From positions 2,381-66,380 of the forward strand of contig JAQXRI010000010.1 of NCBI GenBank assembly GCA_029218445.1: a stretch of DNA of 64,000 nucleotides. Reading direction: 5' to 3'. The notes beneath the pieces were generated by a model, which saw only the letters and a program-made list of their open reading frames with translations, was not told where the DNA came from and did no database searches. Positions 38,531-49,079 of this stretch are shown here, one piece after another (the stretch's first letter is position 1; each line of letters begins with the position of its first letter). Origin of the DNA: Prevotellaceae bacterium (GTDB lineage: Bacteria; Bacteroidota; Bacteroidia; Bacteroidales; Bacteroidaceae). A program made the position numbers and the translations under genes.

Positions 38531-40936
38531 ATGCGAAACAAACTAACGATATTGGCTATGGCCCTATCGGCCATGGCCTGTGCACAGACACGCAAAGTCA
38601 TTGACCTGCAAGACAATTGGAAGTTCTCACGTGACAACAAAGAATGGCAAGACGTAAAAATACCCCACGATTGGGCCATTGCAGGACCTTTCGACAAGAA
38701 GTGGGATTTGCAATATGTAGCCATCGAACAAAACGGAGAGAAGGAGAAATCGGAGAAGTCGGGACGTTCGGGTGCCCTTCCATGGATAGGCGAAGGCTGC
38801 TACCGCACTAAAGTCAACCTGCCAAAGGGCTATACCAACGCCACCCTGATGATTGACGGTGCCATGAGCAATGCGCGCGTTAAAGTCAATGGCAAGGAAA
38901 TGGCTTACTGGCCATACGGCTACAATGCCTTCAATGTCGATATTCCTCTGAATTCGTCAGCGACACCAGTCACATCGCTCGACATAGAAATAAGCCTCAA
39001 CAATGTTGAAGAGAGCAGCCGTTGGTATCCGGGTGGAGGATTGTACCGCCCTGTCAAGCTGCTGCTCCAAGGCGACAACCGCTTTGAGGCATGGCAAACA
39101 TATGTGCGCACTATTGAGGCCAACAGCACAAGAGCCACCATCGAAGTAAAGACAAAGGTAAACGGAAAAGGCGGAAAGACAGAAGCCGAACTGAAAGACG
39201 CACAAGGCAGAACCGTGGCAGCGGCATCGGCGCCTCCTACATCAGACGGAAAGGTAATGATGCGGCTGATGGTTGACAATCCACAGTTGTGGTCGCCTGA
39301 AACGCCCTATCTCTATACACTTACAATGACGCAATATGTTGAAGGCAAACAAGTTGACCAAGAATGCCATAAAGTGGGCATCCGCACGATAACAGTGAAC
39401 AAGGAAGGCGGATTCCAACTCAACGGCAAGAGCCGCAAGCTGAAGGGAGTCTGCCTGCACCACGACCTCGGACCTCTTGGCTCTGCTGAAAACAAGGCGG
39501 CTCTCATCCGTCAGATAAAGACCATGAAGGCCATGGGATGCGATGCCATACGCACGGCACACAACATGCCATCGACCATGCAGATGGACATCTGCGACTC
39601 GCTGGGCATGATGGTCATGGCCGAGAGCTTCGACATGTGGATTTATCCTAAGTGCAAGAATGGATATGCAAAGTTCTTCAAGGAATGGGCTGACCGCGAC
39701 ATCACCAACCTCGTGCTTCACCATCGCAACCATCCGTCAATCGTGATGTGGAGCATCGGCAACGAGATACCCGAACAATGGAGCGAGGAAGGCGTAGAGA
39801 TATCACGTCATCTTCAGGATTTGTGCCACAAGCTCGACCCGTCACGCACCGTGACCCAAGGCATGGACAGAGCCGAAGATGCCCTCAAGTCAGGTTTCGC
39901 ACAAGTGATGGACGTTCCCGGATTCAACTATAGAGTACACAAATACGAGAAAAACATTGAACAACTTCCACAAGGTTTCCTGCTTGGTTCAGAAACAGCC
40001 TCGACGGTAAGCTCGCGTGGTGTTTACAAATTTCCTGTGGTAGTAAGCGACGAGGCTGTATATGCCGACGGACAATGCTCAAGCTACGACACTGAGTACT
40101 GCTCTTGGAGCAATCTGCCCGACGACGACTGGCGTTGTCAGGAAGACTATCCTTGGGTGATTGGAGAGTTCGTTTGGACAGGTTATGACTATTTGGGCGA
40201 ACCTACTCCTTACGACACTTACTGGCCAAGCCGCAGCAGCTATTTCGGCATTTGCGACCTTGCAGGACTTCCAAAGGACCGCTATTATCTTTACCGCAGC
40301 CATTGGCTTACTGGCGAACACACCATACACCTCCTTCCTCATTGGACATGGCCTGACCGCAAAGGCAAGATTACTCCCGTTTACTGCTATACCGACGCTC
40401 CCGAGGCAGAGCTGTTTGTCAACGGCAAAAGCCAAGGCCGCATAAGCAAACAAAAGGACAGCCGTCTTGACCGTTTCCGCCTGCGTTGGAACAACGTGAA
40501 GTACGAGCCGGGCGAACTGCGTGTTGTAGCATACAATGCCGACGGCTCGATTATGGGCGAGCAAACAGTAAGGACGGCCGGCGAACCAACCGCCATGCGC
40601 CTTGACGTGGAATGTCCGGCATCAACCGACGGCATCCTTGCCGCCAACGGCAACGACCTTGCCTACATCACCGTAAGCCTTGAAGACGCCAACGGCACCT
40701 TCTGCCCCACCTTGGACGACAACATAACATTAGAAGTCGAAGGAGCAGGCACGTTTGAAGGAGCATGCAATGGCGATGCCACCTCGCTACAGTCGATGCG
40801 GCTTCCTGAGATGAAGCTTTTCAGCGGCAAGACGGTATTTGTGGTACATAGTACCAAACAGGCGGGCACCATCAAGGTTACAGCCACCGACAAAAAACGC
40901 AACATTTCAAAAACGGTGGAAATAAAGACAAAATAA
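38531..40936 (+). CDS. Glycoside hydrolase family 2 (beta-galactosidase-like)
   Basis: Signal peptide; SRWYPGGGLYR, KGVCLHHDLG, IRTAHN, NHPSIVMWSIGNE and WTGYDYLGEP motifs. Confidence 0.92.
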   Translation: MRNKLTILAMALSAMACAQTRKVIDLQDNWKFSRDNKEWQDVKIPHDWAIAGPFDKKWDLQYVAIEQNGEKEKSEKSGRSGALPWIGEGCYRTKVNLPKGYTNATLMIDGAMSNARVKVNGKEMAYWPYGYNAFNVDIPLNSSATPVTSLDIEISLNNVEESSRWYPGGGLYRPVKLLLQGDNRFEAWQTYVRTIEANSTRATIEVKTKVNGKGGKTEAELKDAQGRTVAAASAPPTSDGKVMMRLMVDNPQLWSPETPYLYTLTMTQYVEGKQVDQECHKVGIRTITVNKEGGFQLNGKSRKLKGVCLHHDLGPLGSAENKAALIRQIKTMKAMGCDAIRTAHNMPSTMQMDICDSLGMMVMAESFDMWIYPKCKNGYAKFFKEWADRDITNLVLHHRNHPSIVMWSIGNEIPEQWSEEGVEISRHLQDLCHKLDPSRTVTQGMDRAEDALKSGFAQVMDVPGFNYRVHKYEKNIEQLPQGFLLGSETASTVSSRGVYKFPVVVSDEAVYADGQCSSYDTEYCSWSNLPDDDWRCQEDYPWVIGEFVWTGYDYLGEPTPYDTYWPSRSSYFGICDLAGLPKDRYYLYRSHWLTGEHTIHLLPHWTWPDRKGKITPVYCYTDAPEAELFVNGKSQGRISKQKDSRLDRFRLRWNNVKYEPGELRVVAYNADGSIMGEQTVRTAGEPTAMRLDVECPASTDGILAANGNDLAYITVSLEDANGTFCPTLDDNITLEVEGAGTFEGACNGDATSLQSMRLPEMKLFSGKTVFVVHSTKQAGTIKVTATDKKRNISKTVEIKTK

Positions 40937-40944
40937 CAACAAGT

Positions 40945-40971
40945 AAAAGGCGGGCAAAGTTCCCGCCTTTT
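40945..40971 (+). terminator. Rho-independent terminator
   Basis: AAAAGGCGGG...CCCGCCTTTT. Confidence 0.8.
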
Positions 40972-41170
40972 GCTTTCTACATTCAAAACATTGCATTTAT
41001 CTCAATAAAGACTGTCATTAAGCAAAATAATCAGTTTAAAACTTGCTAATGTTGTTTTTCTTTATTAACTTTGCACACGAAACCCCAAATGATGATATTA
41101 AGGGAAAATGTTACCCTACGTCAAGTATAGGGAAATAAAGCGAATTAAAACAATAAAATAAAAAATAGCG

Positions 41171-43582
41171 ATGAAAAAATTCTTATTGGTATTCTTTCTC
41201 ACATTCCTAACATCAACCATTGCCGACGCACAGTCGATGAACGACGAAGCCGTAGTGGAATACGTCAGAAGTGGTGTGAAACAAGGAAAAACACAGCAGC
41301 AGTTGTACAAGGAACTGATGCTTAAAGGCGTTACTAAAGAACAGTTGCTTCGTATAAAGGACAAGTATGAGCAGGAGAAGCAACGTCAAGAACAAACAGT
41401 AAAAAGCGGTGAACAAATAGACACCCAGCGCATAAACCCGGAAAAGCGAGACGACGTTGCACCCGCCCAGGACGACAACAAGAAGATTGACGCTCCTGAA
41501 GATAGCATTAAGGTGTTTGGCCGCGACATATTCAAGACCAGCAATCTCACCTTCGAGCCAAGCATGAACATCGCTACACCTGTAAACTATCGCCTTGGCC
41601 CCGGCGACCAACTCGTAATAGAAGTGTGGGGCGCAAGCGAGTCAAACATCACCCAAAAGGTTACTCCCGACGGCTACATCACCATTCCCGACGTTGGCCC
41701 CATCAACGTCAATGGACTTACAGTGCAGGCAGCAAGCAACAAGATACGTGGCGAACTGAGCAAGATATATGCCGGCATGGCTTCAACCAACGTCAACCTC
41801 AGCACAAACGTCAAAGTCAGCCTCGGACAGATACGCACCATACAAGTCAACATCATGGGTGAAGTAGCCCGCCCCGGCACCTACGCCTTGTCTTCGTTCA
41901 GTACAGTGTTCCACGCTTTGTACAAAGCCGGCGGCATAAGCCGTCTTGGTAGCCTCCGCAACATAAAAGTTGTACGCGGCGGAAGGACAGTGGCCACCGT
42001 CGATGTTTACGACTATATCATCAACGGACGTTCACACTCCGACATTCGTCTGCAGGAAGGCGACGTCATTCTTGCCAGCCCCTACGAGGCCCTTGTACTT
42101 ATTCAAGGCAAGATAAAGCGCCCGATGTACTACGAAATGAAGAGCAGCGAATCCATCAAGACCCTCATTGACTACGCAGGCGGTTTCTCCAACGACGCCT
42201 ACTCCTCAGCCGTTACCGTTGAGCGCAACAACACAAAAGAACGCACCATCTGCACCGTTGACGACATGAACTACAGCGTCTTCAACGTCAAGGATGGTGA
42301 CATAGTAAGCGTAGGAGCAATTCTCGACCGATACGACAACCGCATCGAAATAAAAGGAGCCGTCTATCGCCCGGGATTCTACGAACTGGGACAGGAGATT
42401 CAGACAGTTCGCGACCTTATAGGCAAAGCCGACGGACTCCTTGAAGACGCGTTTACCAATCGTGGTGTTCTCCACCGTGAGAATCCCGACAGAAGCCTTG
42501 AAGTAGTATCGGTAAACGTCAAAGGCATACTCAATGGAACGGAACCAGACATAACGCTGCAGAAGAATGACGTGCTGTTCATACCAAGCATCTACGACCT
42601 TGAAGCAAAAGGCACAATAGAAATTTCAGGTGAGGTGTTCTCGCCGGGCGTATTCCCTTATGCAGCCAATACGAAGTTGGAAGACCTGATTATCATGGCC
42701 GGCGGACTTACCGAGTCAGCCTCAACAGTTAGAGTTGACGTAACCCGCAGAATAAACGACCCGAAGAGTACCAAAAAGAACAAAGAACTGTCGAAGACTT
42801 ACACATTCGGCGTAAAGGACGGTTTCGTCATTGAAGGCGACCCCGGCTTCATTCTTGAGCCTTACGACCAAGTCTTCGTTCGTCGTTCACCTGGATATTC
42901 ACCAAAAATCAAAGTTACCATCATGGGCGAGGTTGAGTTTGAAGGCTCCTATTCGCTCAACGAGCGCAACGAGCGTCTTTCAGACGTCATTGCACGTGCA
43001 GGCGGCCTCACCTCTTTCGCATATATACAGGGAGCACGCTTGGAGCGAGTAATGACGGTGGAAGAATACGAGCAGGCAAAAGAACTGCTCACCATGATTG
43101 CCAGCAACAATAGCACTGAAGGCAACGACTCAATTAAGATACCCGAACTGACGAGAACATATCCTGTAGGCATAGACATGGTTGAGATTATGAAGAACCC
43201 GCATTCAGACATCGACCCTGTTCTGCAGGATGGCGACGTTATCGTCATTCCACAAATGATGACAACCGTGAATGTATCAGGCTCGGTACGCAAGCCCAAC
43301 ACCATCGTCTATAATCCAAAGATGAAGCTGAAAGACTACATCAGCGAGGCAGGTGGATATGCCGAAAGGGCACGCAAGAGCGGCACTTTCATTCTCTATC
43401 CCAACGGACACATCAAGGAATTGGGACGCAATGCCAGTGCCAAGGACATTATGGGCGGTTCGAGAATCATTGTTCCCCAGAAGGGCAAGAGCCAGTGGAA
43501 CCTCGGCACTACACTTTCTACGGTCACGACCTCAGTGTCAATGCTTGCCGTCATAGCCTCTCTCATCAACACTCTTAAATAG
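41171..43582 (+). CDS. Polysaccharide export protein with multiple SLBB domains (Wza/KpsD-like)
   Basis: Poly_export motif YRLGPGDQLVIEVWG; repeated GEV..PG.Y...AGG SLBB units. Confidence 0.92.
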   Translation: MKKFLLVFFLTFLTSTIADAQSMNDEAVVEYVRSGVKQGKTQQQLYKELMLKGVTKEQLLRIKDKYEQEKQRQEQTVKSGEQIDTQRINPEKRDDVAPAQDDNKKIDAPEDSIKVFGRDIFKTSNLTFEPSMNIATPVNYRLGPGDQLVIEVWGASESNITQKVTPDGYITIPDVGPINVNGLTVQAASNKIRGELSKIYAGMASTNVNLSTNVKVSLGQIRTIQVNIMGEVARPGTYALSSFSTVFHALYKAGGISRLGSLRNIKVVRGGRTVATVDVYDYIINGRSHSDIRLQEGDVILASPYEALVLIQGKIKRPMYYEMKSSESIKTLIDYAGGFSNDAYSSAVTVERNNTKERTICTVDDMNYSVFNVKDGDIVSVGAILDRYDNRIEIKGAVYRPGFYELGQEIQTVRDLIGKADGLLEDAFTNRGVLHRENPDRSLEVVSVNVKGILNGTEPDITLQKNDVLFIPSIYDLEAKGTIEISGEVFSPGVFPYAANTKLEDLIIMAGGLTESASTVRVDVTRRINDPKSTKKNKELSKTYTFGVKDGFVIEGDPGFILEPYDQVFVRRSPGYSPKIKVTIMGEVEFEGSYSLNERNERLSDVIARAGGLTSFAYIQGARLERVMTVEEYEQAKELLTMIASNNSTEGNDSIKIPELTRTYPVGIDMVEIMKNPHSDIDPVLQDGDVIVIPQMMTTVNVSGSVRKPNTIVYNPKMKLKDYISEAGGYAERARKSGTFILYPNGHIKELGRNASAKDIMGGSRIIVPQKGKSQWNLGTTLSTVTTSVSMLAVIASLINTLK

Positions 43583-43590
43583 CATGTCGC

Positions 43591-44736
43591 ATGGATAAGA
43601 AAGAAATAAAGGAAATTCTTCAAGAAATAGAAAAGGAGAAGAACATTGGCATCGAGGAAGGCTCTGACATCGACTGGAAAGAACTTCTCAACAAAGCCTG
43701 GAACGGACGCAAGTTCATCGTAGTCGCCACAGCCGTATTCATGGCTTTGGGACTATTCAGCGCCCTTACCATGACAAGACAATACACTTCGACGGTAACC
43801 TTGGTGCCTGAACTTGGCAAGTCAAGCTCGTCGTCCTCGCTCAGCAGCATAACCAGCATGTTGGGTCTTGGAGGAATGTCAATGGGAGCAAGCGCCGATG
43901 CCTACAACATTACGGTATATCCCGATGTAGTCGCTTCAACACCATTCACCACCAATCTTTTCAAGATGCGTGTTAAGGACCCGGAGGAAGAAATCGACAC
44001 TACCCTTGTAGGCTATCTTACAAGAGAGAAGTTTTCGTTGTCGCCGGCAGCAATTATAGGCAGCATCACCAAGCCCATCTTCGCCCTCTTCGCAAACGAC
44101 AGCCTGAGCACCAAGAGCGTCACCGACATCAACATCTTCAAACTGACGAAGAAGCAGGACAAGGTTGTACAGTATCTGAACAAGGCCATACAGGTTGAAG
44201 TTGACAAGAAAACAGGTCAAACCACCATTCAGGTCACCATGGACAATCCCGTCATAGCCGCCACTGTAGCCGACACCGTATGCAAGCATCTGCGCGAATA
44301 CATAATAGACTACCGAACAAAAAAGGCACGCGAAGACTTGGCCAACTACAACAAGATTGCCGACGAGAGCTATCAGCGCTATCTCAAAGCCACCAAGGCC
44401 TACGCATATTATCAGGACCACAACCGCGGCCTTATTCTCAACGCCGTAATATCTGAAGGTTCACGATTGGCCAACGAAGTGCAGATAGCGTCGCAGCTTT
44501 ACCAGCAAATGAAGGCACAGGCAGAGATGGCTCGTGGAAAAGTAATTGACGAGAAACCAGTATTCGCCATCATACAGCCCGCCTCGGTGCCACTGAGAGC
44601 AGCCAACAGCCGTGCCAAGGTGCTCATCATCTGGACATTCATAGGTTTTGCATTATCCTGCGCCTGGGTTCTCTACGGCAAGGAGTACTGGAAAAAAGGC
44701 AAGACCATGCTCAACGAGATAAGGTCAAAAGGCTGA
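43591..44736 (+). CDS. Polysaccharide chain-length determinant (Wzz-like)
   Basis: IDWKELL..WNGRKFI; two terminal TM helices; coiled coil; PVFAIIQPASVP. Confidence 0.88.
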   Translation: MDKKEIKEILQEIEKEKNIGIEEGSDIDWKELLNKAWNGRKFIVVATAVFMALGLFSALTMTRQYTSTVTLVPELGKSSSSSSLSSITSMLGLGGMSMGASADAYNITVYPDVVASTPFTTNLFKMRVKDPEEEIDTTLVGYLTREKFSLSPAAIIGSITKPIFALFANDSLSTKSVTDINIFKLTKKQDKVVQYLNKAIQVEVDKKTGQTTIQVTMDNPVIAATVADTVCKHLREYIIDYRTKKAREDLANYNKIADESYQRYLKATKAYAYYQDHNRGLILNAVISEGSRLANEVQIASQLYQQMKAQAEMARGKVIDEKPVFAIIQPASVPLRAANSRAKVLIIWTFIGFALSCAWVLYGKEYWKKGKTMLNEIRSKG

Positions 44737-44759
44737 CGGCCATTATACTGACACAAATG

Positions 44760-44796
44760 AAAACGGGAGGAAGCGTTGCCGCTTCCTCCCGTTTTT
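44760..44796. terminator. Bidirectional terminator between wzz and the convergent peptide gene
   Basis: AAAACGGGAGGAAGCG-ttgc-CGCTTCCTCCCGTTTT. Confidence 0.88.
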
Positions 44797-44812
44797 GTTG
44801 TTCATTTCTGAA

Positions 44813-44959
44813 TTAGTATTCCGGCCAAAGGTCGTTGCCGCCAGCTTCCTTGCCATAGGCCTCTCCTCCTCCACCTACTGGAACTCCTGAGCTTGCCAGC
44901 ATAGTCAAAGTTTCGATTTCGAAGACCTTAACGTTTGGCTTAACATATTCTTTCTTCAT
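44813..44959 (-). CDS. 48-aa peptide with a YxxP leader-like motif
   Basis: MKKEYVKPNVKVFEIETLTMLASSGVPVGGGGEAYGKEAGGNDLWPEY; ATG lies 10 nt after the upstream stop and the gene ends just before a terminator. Confidence 0.75.
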   Translation of the reverse strand: MKKEYVKPNVKVFEIETLTMLASSGVPVGGGGEAYGKEAGGNDLWPEY

Positions 44960-44969
44960 ATTTATTCTA

Positions 44970-47900
44970 TTAATTAAACTGTTTAACTGTCTTACCATTC
45001 TTTATTCTCTTTATCTTCAATCCCTTGGCCGCATTGGTAGTGCGCCTTCCGTCGATGGTGAAGTATTCGCACTCGCCATTGGTGTTTTCAAGTTCATGTA
45101 CGCCTGTGGTCTCACCATCACCTCCACCAATGATAGAGAACACGACCTTGGCTTTCGAAGCCCCATTGAACTGTGACTCACGTTCTGTCATGGTCATATA
45201 CCAGCGTTGTGCATTCAGACCATTTTTAGGATTGATGAGTGCAGTTTCTCCTGTTGTGTCGTCCTTTCCAAGAGCATAAACGGAAGAAGCGTTCTCCATC
45301 TTATTATATATACCCTGGAACGTGAAGTCGTAGTACATTGAAGAACACTTGAACACAGATGCCGTCTCTGGAGTCTTTGTCACTGACACTCCAGTGAATG
45401 TGAATGTTGCAGGAGTCTCAGTATCACCAGAATATTTCACCATATACGGATGGTTAGCCAACGTATTGTCAGTATCTTTTGCCTTCAGCACTTCCAAGAA
45501 CAGATTTATGGTTCCTTCCTCACCTTCAGACTGGTGGAACATGTTGATAGCATAAACGCTGCAATCCGTAAGCTGGTTTACAGCCACGCCGAACGGCAGA
45601 TAAAGAGCATTGAAGTCGTTGTTTGCAAACGTACGGGTGTATGTCACGCTTGTTGCCGTAAAGTCAACCGGCAGATACAAATCGTTGGCATCTGTCAGCA
45701 CGAAGTTAGGGCAGGTGTAAGTGTCACTTCCTTCGACTGTTGTCTTTACGATGACGTTGTTGTTGGCGTTTGCAAAATCAGCATATTCTGAATTGACTAC
45801 AGCCACAGCATTAGGACATTCTGCAAGTTTCTTAGCCCATTCAACATTGTTCAATGCCATGGTTTCCTTGGTTGAGTTGCCCTGATAATACTCCATTTGT
45901 TCTGCATTGGCTGTCAGTTCATATTCAAAAGTTGAGAATTCTTTTGTTTCAACTTCAACATACTTCTCATTTACTGTAGATTTATTCTCATCAGTATATA
46001 CTGTTTGAACAGGAAGATAGCTCATGAACTTACCGTTATGTAGCATCTTTACAAACTGATCGGTTGCACTCTTGTCAACAGGCAGACGGAATTTTATGTT
46101 CTTTTTAATCAAATTGTTAGGAACGATGGCGGCTGCAACAGGAGCTTTATTCACTATAACCGTTGCCACAGGCTTGATGTCGAATACCATCTTCTTGACT
46201 ATTTTACTGCCTTCGCTGCCTTCAGCTGTTGACTGTACATCAGCCGCCTTTAGCACGATGTTTACACTTGTCGTGATATTCTCAGAAGTCACGTTTTCAG
46301 CTACATTGCTTGGAGCAGAAGACTTGAGAAGGTCGATAAGGGCATTTCCGTCGTCCGTATTTGCGTCTGTATTGACTACATCGTTTACGTTTGTAGTCTT
46401 GTTTTCGTCAGAAATGTTTTTAATAACATCATTTACAGCTGTTTTCTCTGTTTCTCCAAGACCAGTTTGCCCGTCAGTGCTTGTTATGTCGCTGTCCACC
46501 TTAGTTATCACAGTGTTTTCAGTCGTTTCAGTCACTCCAATGGTATATGGATAAGTGGTATCACCACTATTTTTTACCTCACAACAGCCTGCGATATATG
46601 TTGCAGCAGGCTGATTGCTAAACTTACCGCCAACAATGATTATGTTTCCTGTTCTTTTGTTGTTGTCATTTTCATCATTCTTGGTGGCAATATCACCTTT
46701 CATGTTACCTCCACTGATGTTCAAATTGCCATACTGGGCCAAAATGGCCTTATTCGTAGCTTCGATGGTTCCACCCTTAATGTTTACGACAACGTTTTCC
46801 GTATCGTTATTCTGTGGATTAACAATGCAGATGCTATTATATCCAGTGAATGTACCACCTTCAATATTCACGTTGATGTCTTTCTTTGTAGTGTGCTGTG
46901 CAATTGCAATAGCCGAGCCTACCACTGTCGTGCCGCTTTCATTTGCTGCAAGAGAATAAGAAGTCGAGGTTGACTTGAATGAACCTCCAGATATATTCAT
47001 TGTTCCTGCACGCAGTTCAATGGCAGTGTTAGAGCCCTCAAATTCACCACCCGAAATATTCAGCAAACCGTCTTGCGGATGATAGATGGCGTGATTACCG
47101 TTTTCATTTGTCGCCATTATCTTACCACCTTTAATAGTTATTTCAGTATTATGGCAAGTACCATTTCCTGAAATAGCATAATAGTTGCCGACAATGTTAC
47201 CACCTTCTATTGTAAGTGTGGCTGGTTTAGTGCTTGTTGATGACGAACCGATTTGTATTGCTGCATAAGCATTCGCTCCACAATTAATCTCACCGTTATT
47301 TCCCGAGGAAGTGTCTGTTATAGTCATGGAAGAAGCATGGTAAACAAATATAATGCCTCCTTTAATGATTGATGTACCTACATAATTTAATTTGTGACCA
47401 TTCAAATCAATAGTTGAACCACTTTTTGAAGCCATCCATTTTAGTTGACTCGTGGTGCTCACATCAGCCAACAATTGTAAAGTCTCGTTTTTGCCAAGAT
47501 CAGAGAAGGCTTCACTGAAGAATGGATATTGATACTCGCCATTTTTTGCTACAATCTGGCTATTATCGCACACAAACCAAAGAGATTTACCTTTTGCGAC
47601 AATCTTGTTAGACTCAACATATTCCGCTTTAGGCTCCTTCGAGAACTTTCCATTCTTTATCAAGATCTTACCTTTCTTCGATTCGTCTGTAAACCCATAG
47701 CCATCATCCGTCAAAACAGCTATTTCGCCAGATATTTTGCCTGAATTTGCGAAATCAATGGTAACGTTTGTTCCACCCGCATACTTATTGTTCTCAACCA
47801 CAGCAATGGCATAACCCGTAGTTGACGGACCATTGGTGTATGGCTCGTGACTTAAAGTAGGATTCTTCCCAGCAAAGACGCATGCGCCTTCATTGATTAC

Positions 47901-48620
47901 GATAGTACCAGCTTTAGCCTCAATACCTGCGGCATAGGGTTGTTCAGTAGTACCACTACCAACCGTACCGTTTATCGTTAGTTGACCCTCTTGAGGGTGA
48001 TAGATGGAATAAGTGCCATAAGAGGTAACTGTGCCATTGATAGTGATGTCAGTGCCGCCATAGCCTGTAGAACCATTTCCAGATATAGCTGATTCGTTAC
48101 CCCAGGTAGTAACGCTTCCGTTAATAATTACAGTTTCCTTTGTCTTGCTTCCAAAAACGGTAACACCATAACAATAGTCGGATTGGACTTTTACACCATC
48201 CTCAATCGTCAATTTTACTTGAGTTCCCTCTGTACCATTATTGTTACCAACACGAATTACGGAAGAACCTTCGTCAAAAGTAGAGTTTTCTGTTGCTGGA
48301 TTAGCCTTTATATAGCCTTGCTTTGTTCCAGACCTCTTGAAAACAACAGTTCCAGCTGTAATGTGGAAAGCTCTAACATCAACTGCCTCAATCTTGTAAT
48401 CGACCAAATCCAAAGTCAGACTTTTGCCAATCGTTACAGTCTGATTGAGCGTTACATTGGAAAGAAGCGAGACTGTGGGATTGTCCCCTGAAGCTGCGTC
48501 AATGGCTTCTTGAAGAGTCGCATACTTGGTAGTACCAACTTGTGCGACCTCATTCTCCGCCCTCGTACTTATAGACAACAGCACGAACAGCGATAGAAAC
48601 ATTAGTACCTTTTGTTTCAT
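44970..48620 (-). CDS. Large secreted surface protein with duplicated beta-solenoid-like modules and a T9SS-type C-terminal domain
   Basis: Signal peptide MKQKVLMFLSLFVLLSISTRA; two copies of AISGNG...IYHPQ.G.L.I.G...IE..AG; C-terminus TTGVHEL...YFTIDGRR...KGLKI...GKTVK. Confidence 0.85.
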   Translation of the reverse strand: MKQKVLMFLSLFVLLSISTRAENEVAQVGTTKYATLQEAIDAASGDNPTVSLLSNVTLNQTVTIGKSLTLDLVDYKIEAVDVRAFHITAGTVVFKRSGTKQGYIKANPATENSTFDEGSSVIRVGNNNGTEGTQVKLTIEDGVKVQSDYCYGVTVFGSKTKETVIINGSVTTWGNESAISGNGSTGYGGTDITINGTVTSYGTYSIYHPQEGQLTINGTVGSGTTEQPYAAGIEAKAGTIVINEGACVFAGKNPTLSHEPYTNGPSTTGYAIAVVENNKYAGGTNVTIDFANSGKISGEIAVLTDDGYGFTDESKKGKILIKNGKFSKEPKAEYVESNKIVAKGKSLWFVCDNSQIVAKNGEYQYPFFSEAFSDLGKNETLQLLADVSTTSQLKWMASKSGSTIDLNGHKLNYVGTSIIKGGIIFVYHASSMTITDTSSGNNGEINCGANAYAAIQIGSSSTSTKPATLTIEGGNIVGNYYAISGNGTCHNTEITIKGGKIMATNENGNHAIYHPQDGLLNISGGEFEGSNTAIELRAGTMNISGGSFKSTSTSYSLAANESGTTVVGSAIAIAQHTTKKDINVNIEGGTFTGYNSICIVNPQNNDTENVVVNIKGGTIEATNKAILAQYGNLNISGGNMKGDIATKNDENDNNKRTGNIIIVGGKFSNQPAATYIAGCCEVKNSGDTTYPYTIGVTETTENTVITKVDSDITSTDGQTGLGETEKTAVNDVIKNISDENKTTNVNDVVNTDANTDDGNALIDLLKSSAPSNVAENVTSENITTSVNIVLKAADVQSTAEGSEGSKIVKKMVFDIKPVATVIVNKAPVAAAIVPNNLIKKNIKFRLPVDKSATDQFVKMLHNGKFMSYLPVQTVYTDENKSTVNEKYVEVETKEFSTFEYELTANAEQMEYYQGNSTKETMALNNVEWAKKLAECPNAVAVVNSEYADFANANNNVIVKTTVEGSDTYTCPNFVLTDANDLYLPVDFTATSVTYTRTFANNDFNALYLPFGVAVNQLTDCSVYAINMFHQSEGEEGTINLFLEVLKAKDTDNTLANHPYMVKYSGDTETPATFTFTGVSVTKTPETASVFKCSSMYYDFTFQGIYNKMENASSVYALGKDDTTGETALINPKNGLNAQRWYMTMTERESQFNGASKAKVVFSIIGGGDGETTGVHELENTNGECEYFTIDGRRTTNAAKGLKIKRIKNGKTVKQFN

Positions 48621-48699
48621 AATTGTTTTGAAATTAAAAATAAAGTGCTGAAAGTCCCCCGGATTCAGGCAAATAAAGTAAATTTTCACTTTCCGTATA

Positions 48700-49000
48700 T
48701 ATACAAAAAGACGTGGAGACTGTACCCGTTACTCGCTCCATGTCTTGAGGCCGTAGGAATTGCCCATCACAGTTGAAACGAGCAACCCAAGACCCCACGC
48801 CGATATGATACATACAGCCGTATATACTCCACCTGCCGACCTGCCCAAAAGGCAAGCCAGCTTAACCGACAGAGCATAGTTATGGCTATACAATAGTCAT
48901 ACCCATGGGCATCTATCGTTGCTATGTTCCTTACTGTGATTGAAGTTTCCTACGTTTCAAGACATCAGAAACAAAGCGCGTGATAAACGCCTTTTCTATA
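48700..49000 (-). promoter_or_regulatory. Structured 5' leader, candidate attenuator or cis-regulatory RNA
   Basis: Imperfect inverted repeat 48740-48786 / 48918-48965; competing stem 48793-48801 / 48710-48718 followed by a U-tract. Confidence 0.6.
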
Positions 49001-49079
49001 TATAGATCCTCACGACACCGCTATCCACCTCAGTGGCGCGGTCCTTAGTGTGCCGTAGCCCCTCGGCGTGAAGACGGTG

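Noticed and set aside
48740-48965. Invertible promoter (phase-variation switch)
   Set aside because: The arms are imperfect with bulges, the promoter element lies outside them and no recombinase is nearby; RNA pairing fits better, though inversion is not formally excluded.
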